Counted from the first letter of the stretch, positions 40,094 to 50,321 are shown. The stretch is DNA of 64,000 bases from Vampirovibrionaceae bacterium NZW_1234 (GCA_041697335.1 JBGUGD010000015.1:64001-128000); one strand, 5' to 3'. The notes: generated from the sequence alone by a model not told the origin. Numbers and translations are program-made.

Positions 40094-40909
40094 TTACGCC
40101 ATCAGATCAATCTCATATTCCTTTTGGAGCATCTTGGCAACGACCTTAAGAGAGCCGGGAAAATACTGTTGAAAGTTATCGTAGTTATACGTCGAGGATT
40201 TACCTCGCACCAGAATATCAACACACTCGGCAAAAGTCTCCTGTCGGGCATGTTGAAAGTCTCCATCCGGATCAGGCTCAAGATAGTAATAAAAAAAGTT
40301 TTTCGTGTGCGGATTCAACCAGGCCTGTTTCAGATGAGACGGGATCTGATCATAGTCACTCTGCCAGGCTGATTTAAATTCAGGGGATTCCGATATTCCA
40401 CGATTCAAATAGCGATCAATCTCAGCTTGAGACTTGGGAATACTAAGGCCCTGTTTCCTATCCCCATTGGCAACTCGAGCCCCAATGAGGTAGGCAACAA
40501 CATGCCCAAATTCGTGAACCACTGCATTTTCCCACACACGACTTAGGTTCCATTGTTGAGTCACACTATCTTTGATCTTTTCAGCAATCGTAATGATTTT
40601 CCGAAACGGGCCCCGATCATGATGGCCCCCCGTATAATCATTGTCTTCGGAAAACCAGCTTTCTCCCCCTTGGCGAATGTGATCCCGCACCTGAAGTTTA
40701 TATCCGTCTTGCAAAACATCGTTCACAATAGGCCGAGGCACTTGCCTCAATACAAAGGAGCGAATCGTATCCACAAAGCCATCTGAGGCACCATCGGCTT
40801 TAACGAGATGATCAACTGCCGCTACAGGCAAGGACACAGTCGACGCTTGGCCAAACCGCTTCTGTGGTTTGGCAACCCAATGCAAACACCTCGATGATAC
40901 CTCTAACAA
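40094..40909 (-). CDS. anthrax lethal factor/Pro-Pro endopeptidase-like zinc metalloprotease
   Basis: VVHEFGH, IS.S.EF..., ETFAE, YFP; KRFGQ leader. Confidence 0.75.
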   Translation of the reverse strand: MLEVSSRCLHWVAKPQKRFGQASTVSLPVAAVDHLVKADGASDGFVDTIRSFVLRQVPRPIVNDVLQDGYKLQVRDHIRQGGESWFSEDNDYTGGHHDRGPFRKIITIAEKIKDSVTQQWNLSRVWENAVVHEFGHVVAYLIGARVANGDRKQGLSIPKSQAEIDRYLNRGISESPEFKSAWQSDYDQIPSHLKQAWLNPHTKNFFYYYLEPDPDGDFQHARQETFAECVDILVRGKSSTYNYDNFQQYFPGSLKVVAKMLQKEYEIDLMA

Positions 40910-41059
40910 CCCTTATGATCCTCGCTAACACATCCCAAGCTAACAGCATACAGGCCGATAAAAGACCAAAGCAAACCCAGCCCTCTATTACTCCATGATT
41001 ATACGATAGCTCGCAGTTCTATGAAAAGAGCAGCACCGCGAGCTATCACCAGATATAAC

Positions 41060-43702
41060 CTAGGAGGCTTGCTTTTGGCCCTGCGCTGATGGTGTGACAG
41101 GAGCTAGCAGGGTGTAGTTTAAAATAGGCTCAATCCGATCTGTCATGACAACCAAGGCTTTTCCTACAGCTTGGCTGTCTTGAACCGCTTTGGTGATAAG
41201 AGCGTTGGCATCAGGCTGATTTGGCGCAACCTGGGCCAGATCCAACACTTGGAAGCGGTTCGCCATAATCGGTGGCAGATGCTTCAAGTCGTCTTCATTT
41301 TCCTTGGGTACAAAGACCACTTTGACAGCTCCATTACCGGCATTCATAGCCCCTCGAAGCTTGTGCTTCAATCCACCAATGGCAAGAACCCGCCCGTGCG
41401 TACTTATCGTCCCGGTCATCGCAACATCGTGGCGGATAGGCCTATTGGTGAGTGTACTCAAGGCAACAGTTGTAATGGCCGCACCAGCACTGTCTCCATC
41501 CACAGGACCGCCACGCTCGGTGGTCACAGTAAATGTCGTCCGCTTGCCCTGTGGAAGCGTCACACCCAACTCATCGGCGTGATCGAGAATCCACGTGAAT
41601 GCATTGTTAACAGAATCAGAGGTCATATCTTTCAAATTTTTGTTCAGTGGCGTCATCACCAATTCACCCGGGGCATTTGGGTCCGCCAAGGGTTGATGTC
41701 GCTTGGTACCCAAGAAACTCTCAACTTTCCCTGCCACATCGCCCATCACCACCAAGGCGTTGACGCGCCCTACGGTATCCGGCAAGACATGCCCCTTGAG
41801 CAACCGAACCGAGGTATTGGGCGGCTCTAATAAGTGCTCTAAATCAGCCGGTTCAATCTGGGGCTTGGATGGCGTACCCAATTGACGATTTAAAATAGTC
41901 ACTTCCGCCAGATCCTTAATTTTTTTCTGCAAGTCTCTTACACCGGCCTCAAAGGTATAATCAGCAATTAACCGGCGCACGGTTTTTTCTGGCAGCTGGA
42001 AGTCTTTATCCGTCAACCCCATGCTGGCCTGGGTTTTAGGAACGATAAATTTCTCGGCAATCTTTACTTTTTCGTCTTCATCATAGGCATCCAATTGAAT
42101 CATTTCCATCCGATCTCGCAAGGCTTCCGGAATGCGCTCCAGATAATTGGCCGTGACAAGAATAATTGACTTACTCAAATCCAAGGGAATGTCATCCCCT
42201 ACAAAGTGATCTTTAAAATGCTTGTTCTGCTTGGGGTCCAGAACCTCCAGCAAGGCAGCTGTGGGATCCCCATGCAGATTTCCTTGTGACATTTTATCGA
42301 CTTCGTCCAGCACGATAATGGGATTCTGGGTTCCCGCTTCCACGAATGCCTTGGCAATCCGGCCCGCCAGAGCACCAATGTAAGTTGATCGGTGCCCACG
42401 GATTTCCGCTTCTTCATGGACGCCGCCCAGGGCAACATGCGCTAATTTCCGCCCAGTGGCTTTCGCCACTGATTGAGCCAAGCTGGTTTTCCCAACACCG
42501 GGAGGACCCACCAAACACATGATCTTCCCTTCCAATGGAGGCAGGCCTTTGTCTTGCAACTCTTTGAGAACCGCAATATGTTGGACGATTTTACGCTTCG
42601 GCTTTTGCAAGCCCCAGTGATCCTGATCCAGAATGGTTTGCGTTTTACGGGCATCCAACGTTGTTTTGGATTCAACCCAAGGATAATCTTCAAGAATAAA
42701 GCTCAAGCGTTCCAGATACTTCTGGGCATCGGGTGATGAAATTCCCATGCCTCCTTGACTGGCCTTTTTAAATTTACTAAGCATGCGGCTAATGGCTCGG
42801 TATTGCTGATCGCTCATAATACCTTTGCCTCCTTGATAATGCTTGTCCAACAGAGCTTTAAACTCTTCTGGTGTTTCAGCCCGTTTGTCAGGATCATGAG
42901 TAAGCGGTAACGGTGATTGGGCATCTTTAATAATGTTGTTAAAAATCGCTGAAGCCTGAATGGTTTGATTTGAGGCATCTTTGTCGACCAAACCATTCCT
43001 GAAAAACTCTCCCAAATTCAAAAGCGAGCGATCTTCAGGTTTTGAATGTTTCCGGAAGAACCGGGCCAAGCCCTTAATCAGTTCATCACTGACATTGACA
43101 TTATCGCCCAGCTCTTTCATTTTACGCACCGGTTTGTCTTTTGGAAAGTTTAGTGTTTTGAGTGCCTCCAGCCCCTTTTCCAGCGCATACTGAAGTTGCT
43201 CTGCTGATTTACCGGCCCGCACCGAAGGGGGTAAGACCGCATCCGCACATTGTCTAAAAATCAGCCCAACGGGTTGCAACTCGGATGGTGCCGCATCCAT
43301 GAGCTTGGGAGAATGAAGAGCCGTCTTGGCAAACATCATCATGGTGTACATCAGGTGACGAGGCTCGGGTTTATCAACATAGCCTAAATAGGCATCATCA
43401 CGAGCTTGCAGCAGAATAGGCAATAGTTCTTCCATATCCGTTTTCAGGGATACTCTTACCAGCAGCAGATCCTTTAAAAAAGGGTCTATTGTATCTTTTT
43501 TCTCTTTTGGCCCCGAATCTTCGCCAAACCGAAGCTTATGGCCCAATTGCGCCTGCCATGAAGCCAAAGGCATCGTTGTTAGCATGCTTGACGATTGTGT
43601 TAAAACTGGACTGGAGACAGTTGTCGTTTGATGTCTAGAACGAACTGTTTGTGCTGACGGTTTAAAACGCACGCCAGACCAACCAACCTGTATGGGGTTC
43701 AT
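41060..43702 (-). CDS. Lon-like AAA+ protease with atypical N-terminus
   Basis: GPPGVGKTS, EIRGHRSTYIGA, LDEVDK, ALLEVLDP, DGDSAG (Ser), GGLKHK (Lys). Confidence 0.92.
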   Translation of the reverse strand: MNPIQVGWSGVRFKPSAQTVRSRHQTTTVSSPVLTQSSSMLTTMPLASWQAQLGHKLRFGEDSGPKEKKDTIDPFLKDLLLVRVSLKTDMEELLPILLQARDDAYLGYVDKPEPRHLMYTMMMFAKTALHSPKLMDAAPSELQPVGLIFRQCADAVLPPSVRAGKSAEQLQYALEKGLEALKTLNFPKDKPVRKMKELGDNVNVSDELIKGLARFFRKHSKPEDRSLLNLGEFFRNGLVDKDASNQTIQASAIFNNIIKDAQSPLPLTHDPDKRAETPEEFKALLDKHYQGGKGIMSDQQYRAISRMLSKFKKASQGGMGISSPDAQKYLERLSFILEDYPWVESKTTLDARKTQTILDQDHWGLQKPKRKIVQHIAVLKELQDKGLPPLEGKIMCLVGPPGVGKTSLAQSVAKATGRKLAHVALGGVHEEAEIRGHRSTYIGALAGRIAKAFVEAGTQNPIIVLDEVDKMSQGNLHGDPTAALLEVLDPKQNKHFKDHFVGDDIPLDLSKSIILVTANYLERIPEALRDRMEMIQLDAYDEDEKVKIAEKFIVPKTQASMGLTDKDFQLPEKTVRRLIADYTFEAGVRDLQKKIKDLAEVTILNRQLGTPSKPQIEPADLEHLLEPPNTSVRLLKGHVLPDTVGRVNALVVMGDVAGKVESFLGTKRHQPLADPNAPGELVMTPLNKNLKDMTSDSVNNAFTWILDHADELGVTLPQGKRTTFTVTTERGGPVDGDSAGAAITTVALSTLTNRPIRHDVAMTGTISTHGRVLAIGGLKHKLRGAMNAGNGAVKVVFVPKENEDDLKHLPPIMANRFQVLDLAQVAPNQPDANALITKAVQDSQAVGKALVVMTDRIEPILNYTLLAPVTPSAQGQKQAS

Positions 43703-43926
43703 ACACGTATCCTCACCAACCTAATTTGTTCCCAACCCACTTTCGAGTTTTATGTTCAGTTTTACTTCAGGCCCGAAAGTGCTTTTTAATAAACGCAGTC
43801 ACATTCCGAAATTGCGTTTTAGCTATCCAATGTAAACAATGTTTTCATTTTCGTCAAGCCGTATTCTACGCGCTAAGCCTTATGGGCATTGAATAAGAGA
43901 CCTATTTTAAAGATGCTTTAAGACAC

Positions 43927-46317
43927 TTAACCGGATATGCCCCGATCTCGTTTTAAAAGCGAAAACAGCGTTTTAAAGCGAACATCTCGTTTCATCTCAT
44001 CCAATGTCATGGGCAAACGTCTTCGCCAATTACGGCGGTGAGGTATCTCATCCGGATGAGACTTTGGGACATCATCGGTATGCTCGATTGTGTTTGGAAT
44101 ATTGATTTGCTCTCGAACCCCCATCACATCCTCCAGCTGAGCCCCATAAACCAGACTTCGGGCCCCGGACAGATATCGGGTCATCGCATTTACAAACGCA
44201 TCATAAGCCGGTTTGGCTTTTTTAGCGTTGACATTGGTCAACTCAGTCGCAAGTTCCTGGCGAATTTTGTCCACCGTAACCTCGGGAGAAAGCAGGCCAC
44301 GATCATACAGGGCCTGAAGATCACCAGCCAAGTAGCGTTGTTCAGCACGCATTGATTCATCAATCGCCGGGGAGTTTTCTCCCAGGGATTTTAGCGTTTG
44401 CCAATGATAGCCTAATACCAACCCTGCCAGGGTCGAAACATCATGATTGCTGGCGACAGCAATGGCTAAATCCCGATACGCTTCAGGGTCAATAGGCGGT
44501 TCCTGCGGCTTTTGATCCCAATGCCGTTGAAAGCGGGTCACATCGTAGCCCAGAATACGCCACGCCTTTAATTTTTCTTTAAACCCGGGCGGAGCCGTCC
44601 CCAGATCTTCACCAATGACGACACACTTGTTCCGATGACTCTCCAATGCAATAATGCCCAGCAAGTCATCCGCATTGTAATGAACATAAAGGCCATTATA
44701 TGAGGTTGTGTTGGGAGGAACGATAAATAAGCGCTGGAGCTTAAAAGCGTGGTCTTCTCTGAGAATCCCGGCATAGCGCATGGCCGTTCGGATACTTTCA
44801 ACGAATGGAGCGTAACCTGCTTCTTCAAGTCGTTTCGGGTGGGGAACCGGGAATCCCCAGTTTTGACCCAATGGGGCCAAACCATCAGGCGGGCACCCAA
44901 TAGAGGCCTCTCTCATAAAGACCGGCCAGCGCCATGTATCAAACCCACCCCGATTGGCTCCAACTGGGCGATCCATATAAATCCGCATCGGTAGGACCGA
45001 GCTGAACTCCTTTAGTTGAGTCTCGGTAACCCATTGAAGAAACGCATAAAAACGAACCCGCTCAGGGTGCTGGGCTTTAAATTCCTGGACGTGAGGGCTG
45101 TCTGGACTTTGCAGTGTCTCAGGCCACTGTTGCCAGGGCTTTCCCTGATGGGCTTCCTGGATAGCCTGAAACGTTGCAAACTGAGTCAACAAAGCGCCTT
45201 TCTCCTGGAGATATGCCTCGAAGGCCGGATTCGGTTTTTGGGCCTGGTGTTGAAACAAGGCATTTAAAATCGTCATCTTCGCCTTGGCAATCTGGGGATA
45301 TTCTACCCAGTAAGCATTCTTACGCGCTTGGGCAAGGGCTTGACGGATTTCGGAGGATTTCAACAATTGCTGAGCCGCCTTGGTTTTTTGCCAGGCCTGA
45401 TAATTCGGGACACGGGTTACATCTACTGTCAGGGGATTAAAGAACGCATTGCTGATGGCGTCATAAGGTGACGCCGTCTGAGGGTATTGGAGATTTGGTG
45501 TTGCAATCGGATTAATCCCAACAAATGCAGCTCCAAAGGACTTCACCCATTCTGCCAACCGTTTCCCTGTCGTCAAATCACCGGCACCCATGTCATGCCG
45601 ATGTTTACGAGGATTCTCTTTCAGCGCATACAACTGAACCGTGGGCCCCCATATCTTGCCCATGTCTTTGGGTAAATACGCTTTGTCCGGCGTCACAATC
45701 AGATGCGTCGAAGCCTTATCAACGGTCAGTTGATGATAGCCCCACTCTGGCTTGCTTACCGGCAACATGGCCCGATAACGGCGGTAAATCTTCCCATCCA
45801 AATTTTTGCTGGTCATCGGTTTAAGCTCAGCAGGAGTTAGGCTGCCGGATACGGTTTTCCCAGACTCAAACTGGAGCTGCCAGGAGACGGACTGAGAAGC
45901 GGCCTCCTCGGGTAGTGTGATTTCCAGAGGGATACCGGTGGCCACATGAGATTCAGGACGTACCAAAACCGGGGGCAGCGGCTTCTTCCATGCGGCCCGG
46001 GTCATGTCATCTACCAGAGCCAAGACCTTATCGGCCTGCTGTAGTTGCTCTATTGGGTATCCCATAACTTGCAGCACTGACTGAATCTGGCCGTTACTCG
46101 GACGCTTTCCTTCACTTCCCGGGGCATAGCTGACCAACTCAATTCCGTTCGCCTTGGCTAAGTCATCCAAAGCCAGATCCAAGGTGGGTGATGCCGAACG
46201 GAAACGGACGGAGTCCGTCCCATAAAGAGGCCGTAAAGAATCTGAACGGGGGGCTTTTGTTGCTGAGCTGACGAATGAACCAACTCGAACGGGGAAAAAC
46301 CCAAGAGAGGGGATCAT
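43927..46317 (-). CDS. malQ: 4-alpha-glucanotransferase (amylomaltase, GH77) with N-terminal leader
   Basis: WG..VQLYAL, GCPPD..APLGQNWG.P, LREDH, IGEDLGT, NHD, QINIP, NWRRRL. Confidence 0.92.
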   Translation of the reverse strand: MIPSLGFFPVRVGSFVSSATKAPRSDSLRPLYGTDSVRFRSASPTLDLALDDLAKANGIELVSYAPGSEGKRPSNGQIQSVLQVMGYPIEQLQQADKVLALVDDMTRAAWKKPLPPVLVRPESHVATGIPLEITLPEEAASQSVSWQLQFESGKTVSGSLTPAELKPMTSKNLDGKIYRRYRAMLPVSKPEWGYHQLTVDKASTHLIVTPDKAYLPKDMGKIWGPTVQLYALKENPRKHRHDMGAGDLTTGKRLAEWVKSFGAAFVGINPIATPNLQYPQTASPYDAISNAFFNPLTVDVTRVPNYQAWQKTKAAQQLLKSSEIRQALAQARKNAYWVEYPQIAKAKMTILNALFQHQAQKPNPAFEAYLQEKGALLTQFATFQAIQEAHQGKPWQQWPETLQSPDSPHVQEFKAQHPERVRFYAFLQWVTETQLKEFSSVLPMRIYMDRPVGANRGGFDTWRWPVFMREASIGCPPDGLAPLGQNWGFPVPHPKRLEEAGYAPFVESIRTAMRYAGILREDHAFKLQRLFIVPPNTTSYNGLYVHYNADDLLGIIALESHRNKCVVIGEDLGTAPPGFKEKLKAWRILGYDVTRFQRHWDQKPQEPPIDPEAYRDLAIAVASNHDVSTLAGLVLGYHWQTLKSLGENSPAIDESMRAEQRYLAGDLQALYDRGLLSPEVTVDKIRQELATELTNVNAKKAKPAYDAFVNAMTRYLSGARSLVYGAQLEDVMGVREQINIPNTIEHTDDVPKSHPDEIPHRRNWRRRLPMTLDEMKRDVRFKTLFSLLKRDRGISG

Positions 46318-46592
46318 AACAAGGTCTCCACAGGAAGGCTTCAAATAAATATGATTATTGTGTCATGAACATGAGATACCTCATAAAACATCCTTTTCTA
46401 CTTAACTCCTGATGTGCAAATTCACATAGCCTCTCATCGGGTGACATCGGTGTCTTGTACTTTATTCCACGCCAACAAAAACCCTGCTGCTCTTTCTCCT
46501 CGGAAGATTCCAGGTTTTACTACCTAAACAAAGGCCGGTTCTTCAGCAACCTGCGACTTTAACTTTGGCCAAGCCCCTCCAGCCTCAGCGAA

Positions 46593-47627
46593 TTATGAAA
46601 CCGTCTTGGCCATTGGTATCTGATAGTTCAACTGCTGCATCGCTTTGGCAAAAGAGGCCACAGGCATTTGCTCTGACGACCATCCGATGGTGTCACCCAG
46701 AGCATAGACCAAGGCAATCAATTGAACCATTAAGGCCAAGGTCCCCAAAGGCCCTTCCGCAGCCGTGGTCAGCGAAAGCGTCGGAATGTCGGACGGCAGC
46801 AGGGCCAGGGTCTGTTCCGCAAGAATGGCTTCGTTTGGGGTGACCAGCGCTATCACAGCGGTGTCCTGCCCATAGCGGTGAAGCCAATGATGATGCCCAT
46901 GAGCAAGGTTCCGATAATCGATCAGGCGGGTACTTACCATCGCTGCTTCAGTTAGCTTACACTCGGCATCCAGAGCCACTGGCAAACCCCACCCCCCATA
47001 GACAATCATCCAAGTGCGCTTCTTAGCCAACTCCGGCATTGCTTTGATGATGTTTGCCTGGACCTCGGCCCGAACCTGAATATCCAGATCCGAAAGATAC
47101 CAGGCCGGGCTAAACGCCTGCTGATAGGCTTTCAACAAAAGACCCATGAAGGCCACCAGGGAAACCGTTGCAAGAAAACCATCCTTACCTGTTGGAATGT
47201 CGAACTCCAAAGCAGATCCGGTCGAGTGTGCTTTGGCAGCCTGGGCCAAGGGGCTGTCAAAGCAGCCACACATGGCATGGATGGCCTTGACCTGGTTGCA
47301 GACCGCCACGTCAAAAGTATTCAAGACATCCCGATTTTTGCCTCCCGCACTGGGCAGAACCACGGCAACCTCAGAAAGACATTGGGGGAAATTAAAAAAC
47401 TCCCACGGCGTCACATGTTTGGCCACAGTACCTTGGGCCTGATGCATCAGGGCCATATAGGCTGCCACCGTTAAAGACCCTCCTGACCCCACACAGATGA
47501 GCGGTGTCGATTGCTGTTGCTTCCAAAACGCCACTAACGGATCGACACTCACACTTTCGTTAGCCCATTGCCAGGTACGGATTAGAATCTCTTGCTCGGT
47601 CTGAAAATTGGTCTGTAACCCGTGCAT
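46593..47627 (-). CDS. SIS domain protein (sugar-phosphate isomerase-like)
   Basis: VGSGGS, SAGGKN.D, second SIS-like half with K.TE and HG. Confidence 0.75.
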   Translation of the reverse strand: MHGLQTNFQTEQEILIRTWQWANESVSVDPLVAFWKQQQSTPLICVGSGGSLTVAAYMALMHQAQGTVAKHVTPWEFFNFPQCLSEVAVVLPSAGGKNRDVLNTFDVAVCNQVKAIHAMCGCFDSPLAQAAKAHSTGSALEFDIPTGKDGFLATVSLVAFMGLLLKAYQQAFSPAWYLSDLDIQVRAEVQANIIKAMPELAKKRTWMIVYGGWGLPVALDAECKLTEAAMVSTRLIDYRNLAHGHHHWLHRYGQDTAVIALVTPNEAILAEQTLALLPSDIPTLSLTTAAEGPLGTLALMVQLIALVYALGDTIGWSSEQMPVASFAKAMQQLNYQIPMAKTVS

Positions 47628-48027
47628 CTTGCACTCCCCGTAGCGTTGCTCACACTAAGCCCATTGTCCCAGTCTCATCAAAAAAGACAATGACAAGGCT
47701 CAAGTCCGCTGCGCTAGAACTCGTATAGGGAAACAACCGATGATATTTTTGATCACTGTTGACAACATCTACCCATTCTTCAAAGCATGACTCTCCGCCC
47801 ATGTTTGAGGAGCAAGCCCGATAAAAAACACACTATACACCGTTTTTGTCCCTCCCTAAAAAACAATCCTCCTCGACATCTTTCTCTTCGATCACTACAC
47901 TCATAAGTATCCCCGATGACATACGCTGGGTAGGTGAGGAAGGCAATTTAAGACTTCTTATTCACACCAAAACGACATTCAGTTACTCTCACTCCATTCG
48001 AAACACTCTGCTGTAGAGACTGCAATT

Positions 48028-48060
48028 CCCCCTGCCTATATTCAGGCAGGGGGCTTTTTT
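48028..48060 (+). terminator. plus-strand terminator with no plus-strand CDS upstream
   Basis: CCCCCTGCCT/AGGCAGGGGG stem plus CTTTTTT. Confidence 0.75.
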
Positions 48061-48067
48061 AGCGCTG

Positions 48068-49366
48068 TCAGAAAAAACGAAGCGGTGTATCCGCATCACT
48101 CATAAGAACAGCCTCATCAAAGCTTCCATATTGTGTAGCAGGCCCGTAACCTTGTTGCATTTTCCAAGATGGCGGTTTTAAACCTTCAGCAGCATAGACC
48201 AGCGTACCACCGCCCCAGCGAGCATTCACGCAATCCATCGCTTGCATCAAGGATAAGTGTTTCTCAGAGACAGTTTCGGCTGAAAACAAATTAAGCTGCA
48301 CGGCCTCTTGCGAGGATAAATTATGCAGCAGCACCCCTAACTTATGATATCCATACCCGGGTTGAAAGATCCGAGCCAGCCCCAATAACCCAGCCTGGGT
48401 AATCTGGGCCGTCAGCGCCGTCGGCACCGGCAATGCAATGGTAATGTCGTTCCGATACTGCGGCATGGCACGAAACTTATTGGTGCGAATAAAAATCGTG
48501 ACATGCCCAGCCACCATACGATGACTGCGAAGCTTTTCACATACTTTTCGGGCATAGGTTGCCAAAATTTGCTGTAACGTGGGTAAATCATACACGAGCA
48601 CCCCAAACGACCGAGAGAACATCATACTCTTAGGAGGCTTGACCAATGGCTGGATGTCAATACAAGGCACCCCATTGAGTTCGGCTACGGTTTGAGCGAC
48701 CAGGACACTAAAGCGTTGACGCATACGCGCCACAGGCTGCTGAGCCAAATCCCAGGCCGTTTGAATGCCCATCCGGCCCAAATGTTCTTGTAAACGTCGC
48801 CCCACCCCCCACACATCAGCGACCGGCAGCTGCTTTAATAATGTTTCCTGATCTGCTCGATCCAGTAGGATACGGACGCCTTGGTACTCGGGGGTTTTCT
48901 TGGCCACATCAACAGCAACCTTCGCCAGAGTCTTGGTTCGAGCCACCCCAACCGAAGTTGGAATGCCGACTTCCGCCAGTACAGTCTCCCGGACATGATA
49001 GCCCCAGGCATCCAAGGGGCCGACTACTACCGAAGAAATGTCCATGAAAACCTCATCAATGGAGTAAACCTCCACTCGAGGCGAAAAGGTCCTTAAACAC
49101 CGTACCACTTGCCGAGAAACATTGGCATAAAAGGGAAAGTCTGGAGAAACGAGGTGAATGTCGTGCTGGCGAATCAAAGAGCGAATTTTAAAAATGGGTG
49201 TTCCCATCCGTACACCAAGACGCTTGGCCTCGGGCGACATGGCAATGGCACAGCCATCGTTGTTAGATAACACAATCACCGGCTTATCATGTAGCGATGG
49301 GTTTCTTAGACGCTCACATGACGCATAAAAGTGATTACAGTCTACTAAAGCGCACAAACGATGCAT
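48068..49366 (-). CDS. umuC: Y-family DNA polymerase, UmuC-like
   Basis: LVDCNHFYASCE, VLSNNDGC, YSIDE, TKTLAK, VWGVG, SRSFG, W.M tail. Confidence 0.88.
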   Translation of the reverse strand: MHRLCALVDCNHFYASCERLRNPSLHDKPVIVLSNNDGCAIAMSPEAKRLGVRMGTPIFKIRSLIRQHDIHLVSPDFPFYANVSRQVVRCLRTFSPRVEVYSIDEVFMDISSVVVGPLDAWGYHVRETVLAEVGIPTSVGVARTKTLAKVAVDVAKKTPEYQGVRILLDRADQETLLKQLPVADVWGVGRRLQEHLGRMGIQTAWDLAQQPVARMRQRFSVLVAQTVAELNGVPCIDIQPLVKPPKSMMFSRSFGVLVYDLPTLQQILATYARKVCEKLRSHRMVAGHVTIFIRTNKFRAMPQYRNDITIALPVPTALTAQITQAGLLGLARIFQPGYGYHKLGVLLHNLSSQEAVQLNLFSAETVSEKHLSLMQAMDCVNARWGGGTLVYAAEGLKPPSWKMQQGYGPATQYGSFDEAVLMSDADTPLRFF

Positions 49367-49403
49367 GACAAATGCCCTCCTAAAGCATGGCTCGGGGAGA
49401 CTT

Positions 49404-49449
49404 ATCGAAAATATTTTCGATCATAAAAGTCCCGCCCGCTCTATGTCAA
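49404..49449 (-). promoter_or_regulatory. sigma70-type promoter with an overlapping 18-bp palindrome (putative SOS operator)
   Basis: TTGACA (49449-49444)-N18-TATGAT (49425-49420); ATCGAAAATATTTTCGAT at 49404-49421. Confidence 0.7.
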
Positions 49450-49541
49450 GCCATGGCCATCCTCGCTCCAAGACAAAGGTTGTCATTTTAACTGCCTTAA
49501 AAATTTCTGAAAATAAGGCTGCAGGAAAGTTAAAAAACTGC

Positions 49542-50321
49542 TTATTCCCCCAGCCACTGTCTTTTCAGGGCGGGTAAGGCACCTGAATCGTTGACATTGA
49601 CGAGCCAGTGGTTGAGGCGCTGCTGAAGGTCCGGGTGCTTCGGGTGGACGAGAAACACTTTCATCTCATGCGTGAATAGCGCGCGCTCATCAGAAACACA
49701 CAATGCAGGCTGATGACGATGAATCCATTGGGCTTCTTCCACATCGGTGATCATGACATCGGCTTGGCGAGCCAGCACGGATTGGATAGCCTCCTGATTT
49801 TTCGGCTTGATAATGAGCTGGGCTTGGGACAAGTGCTTGCGGGCAAAAGCTTCATTAGTGCCGCCAGCATTTTCAACCACCCGCACTGTGGGTTGATCGA
49901 CATCCGATAGCGTTTTAAAGCGAGAAACGGATTCACATCGCACCAGAAGAATTTTTCCGCCCTGAACGTAAGGCACCGTCACCAAGGCCTGTGCTTCACG
50001 TTCCGGGGTCAGGCTGATGCCTCCTACTGCAACCTGGAACTTTTGACGCTTTAAGTCACGCATCAACGACGTCCATGTGGTAGGAACCCACACGATACGA
50101 TAGCCCGCCTGATCCGAAAACGCCCGAATCAAATCGATATCGAGCCCCTGGTACTGGCGTTCTTTCCCTTCTCTCTGACTGTAAGGCGCATAATCACCTG
50201 GAGTCCCGATCCGCAGCGTTTTGGCCGAAGCTGAAACATCGTTTAATGGGACTCCGAACAATACCAGCACAATCGCTGTGAATGCCCAACTTCTCCACCA
50301 TCGAAAACCGCTCTGCCTCAT
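49542..50321 (-). CDS. family 3 solute-binding protein / cyclohexadienyl dehydratase (PheC)-like
   Basis: Signal peptide, GTPGDYAPYS, PTTW, GGIS.T.ER, NAGGTNE.F, MITD. Confidence 0.85.
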   Translation of the reverse strand: MRQSGFRWWRSWAFTAIVLVLFGVPLNDVSASAKTLRIGTPGDYAPYSQREGKERQYQGLDIDLIRAFSDQAGYRIVWVPTTWTSLMRDLKRQKFQVAVGGISLTPEREAQALVTVPYVQGGKILLVRCESVSRFKTLSDVDQPTVRVVENAGGTNEAFARKHLSQAQLIIKPKNQEAIQSVLARQADVMITDVEEAQWIHRHQPALCVSDERALFTHEMKVFLVHPKHPDLQQRLNHWLVNVNDSGALPALKRQWLGE

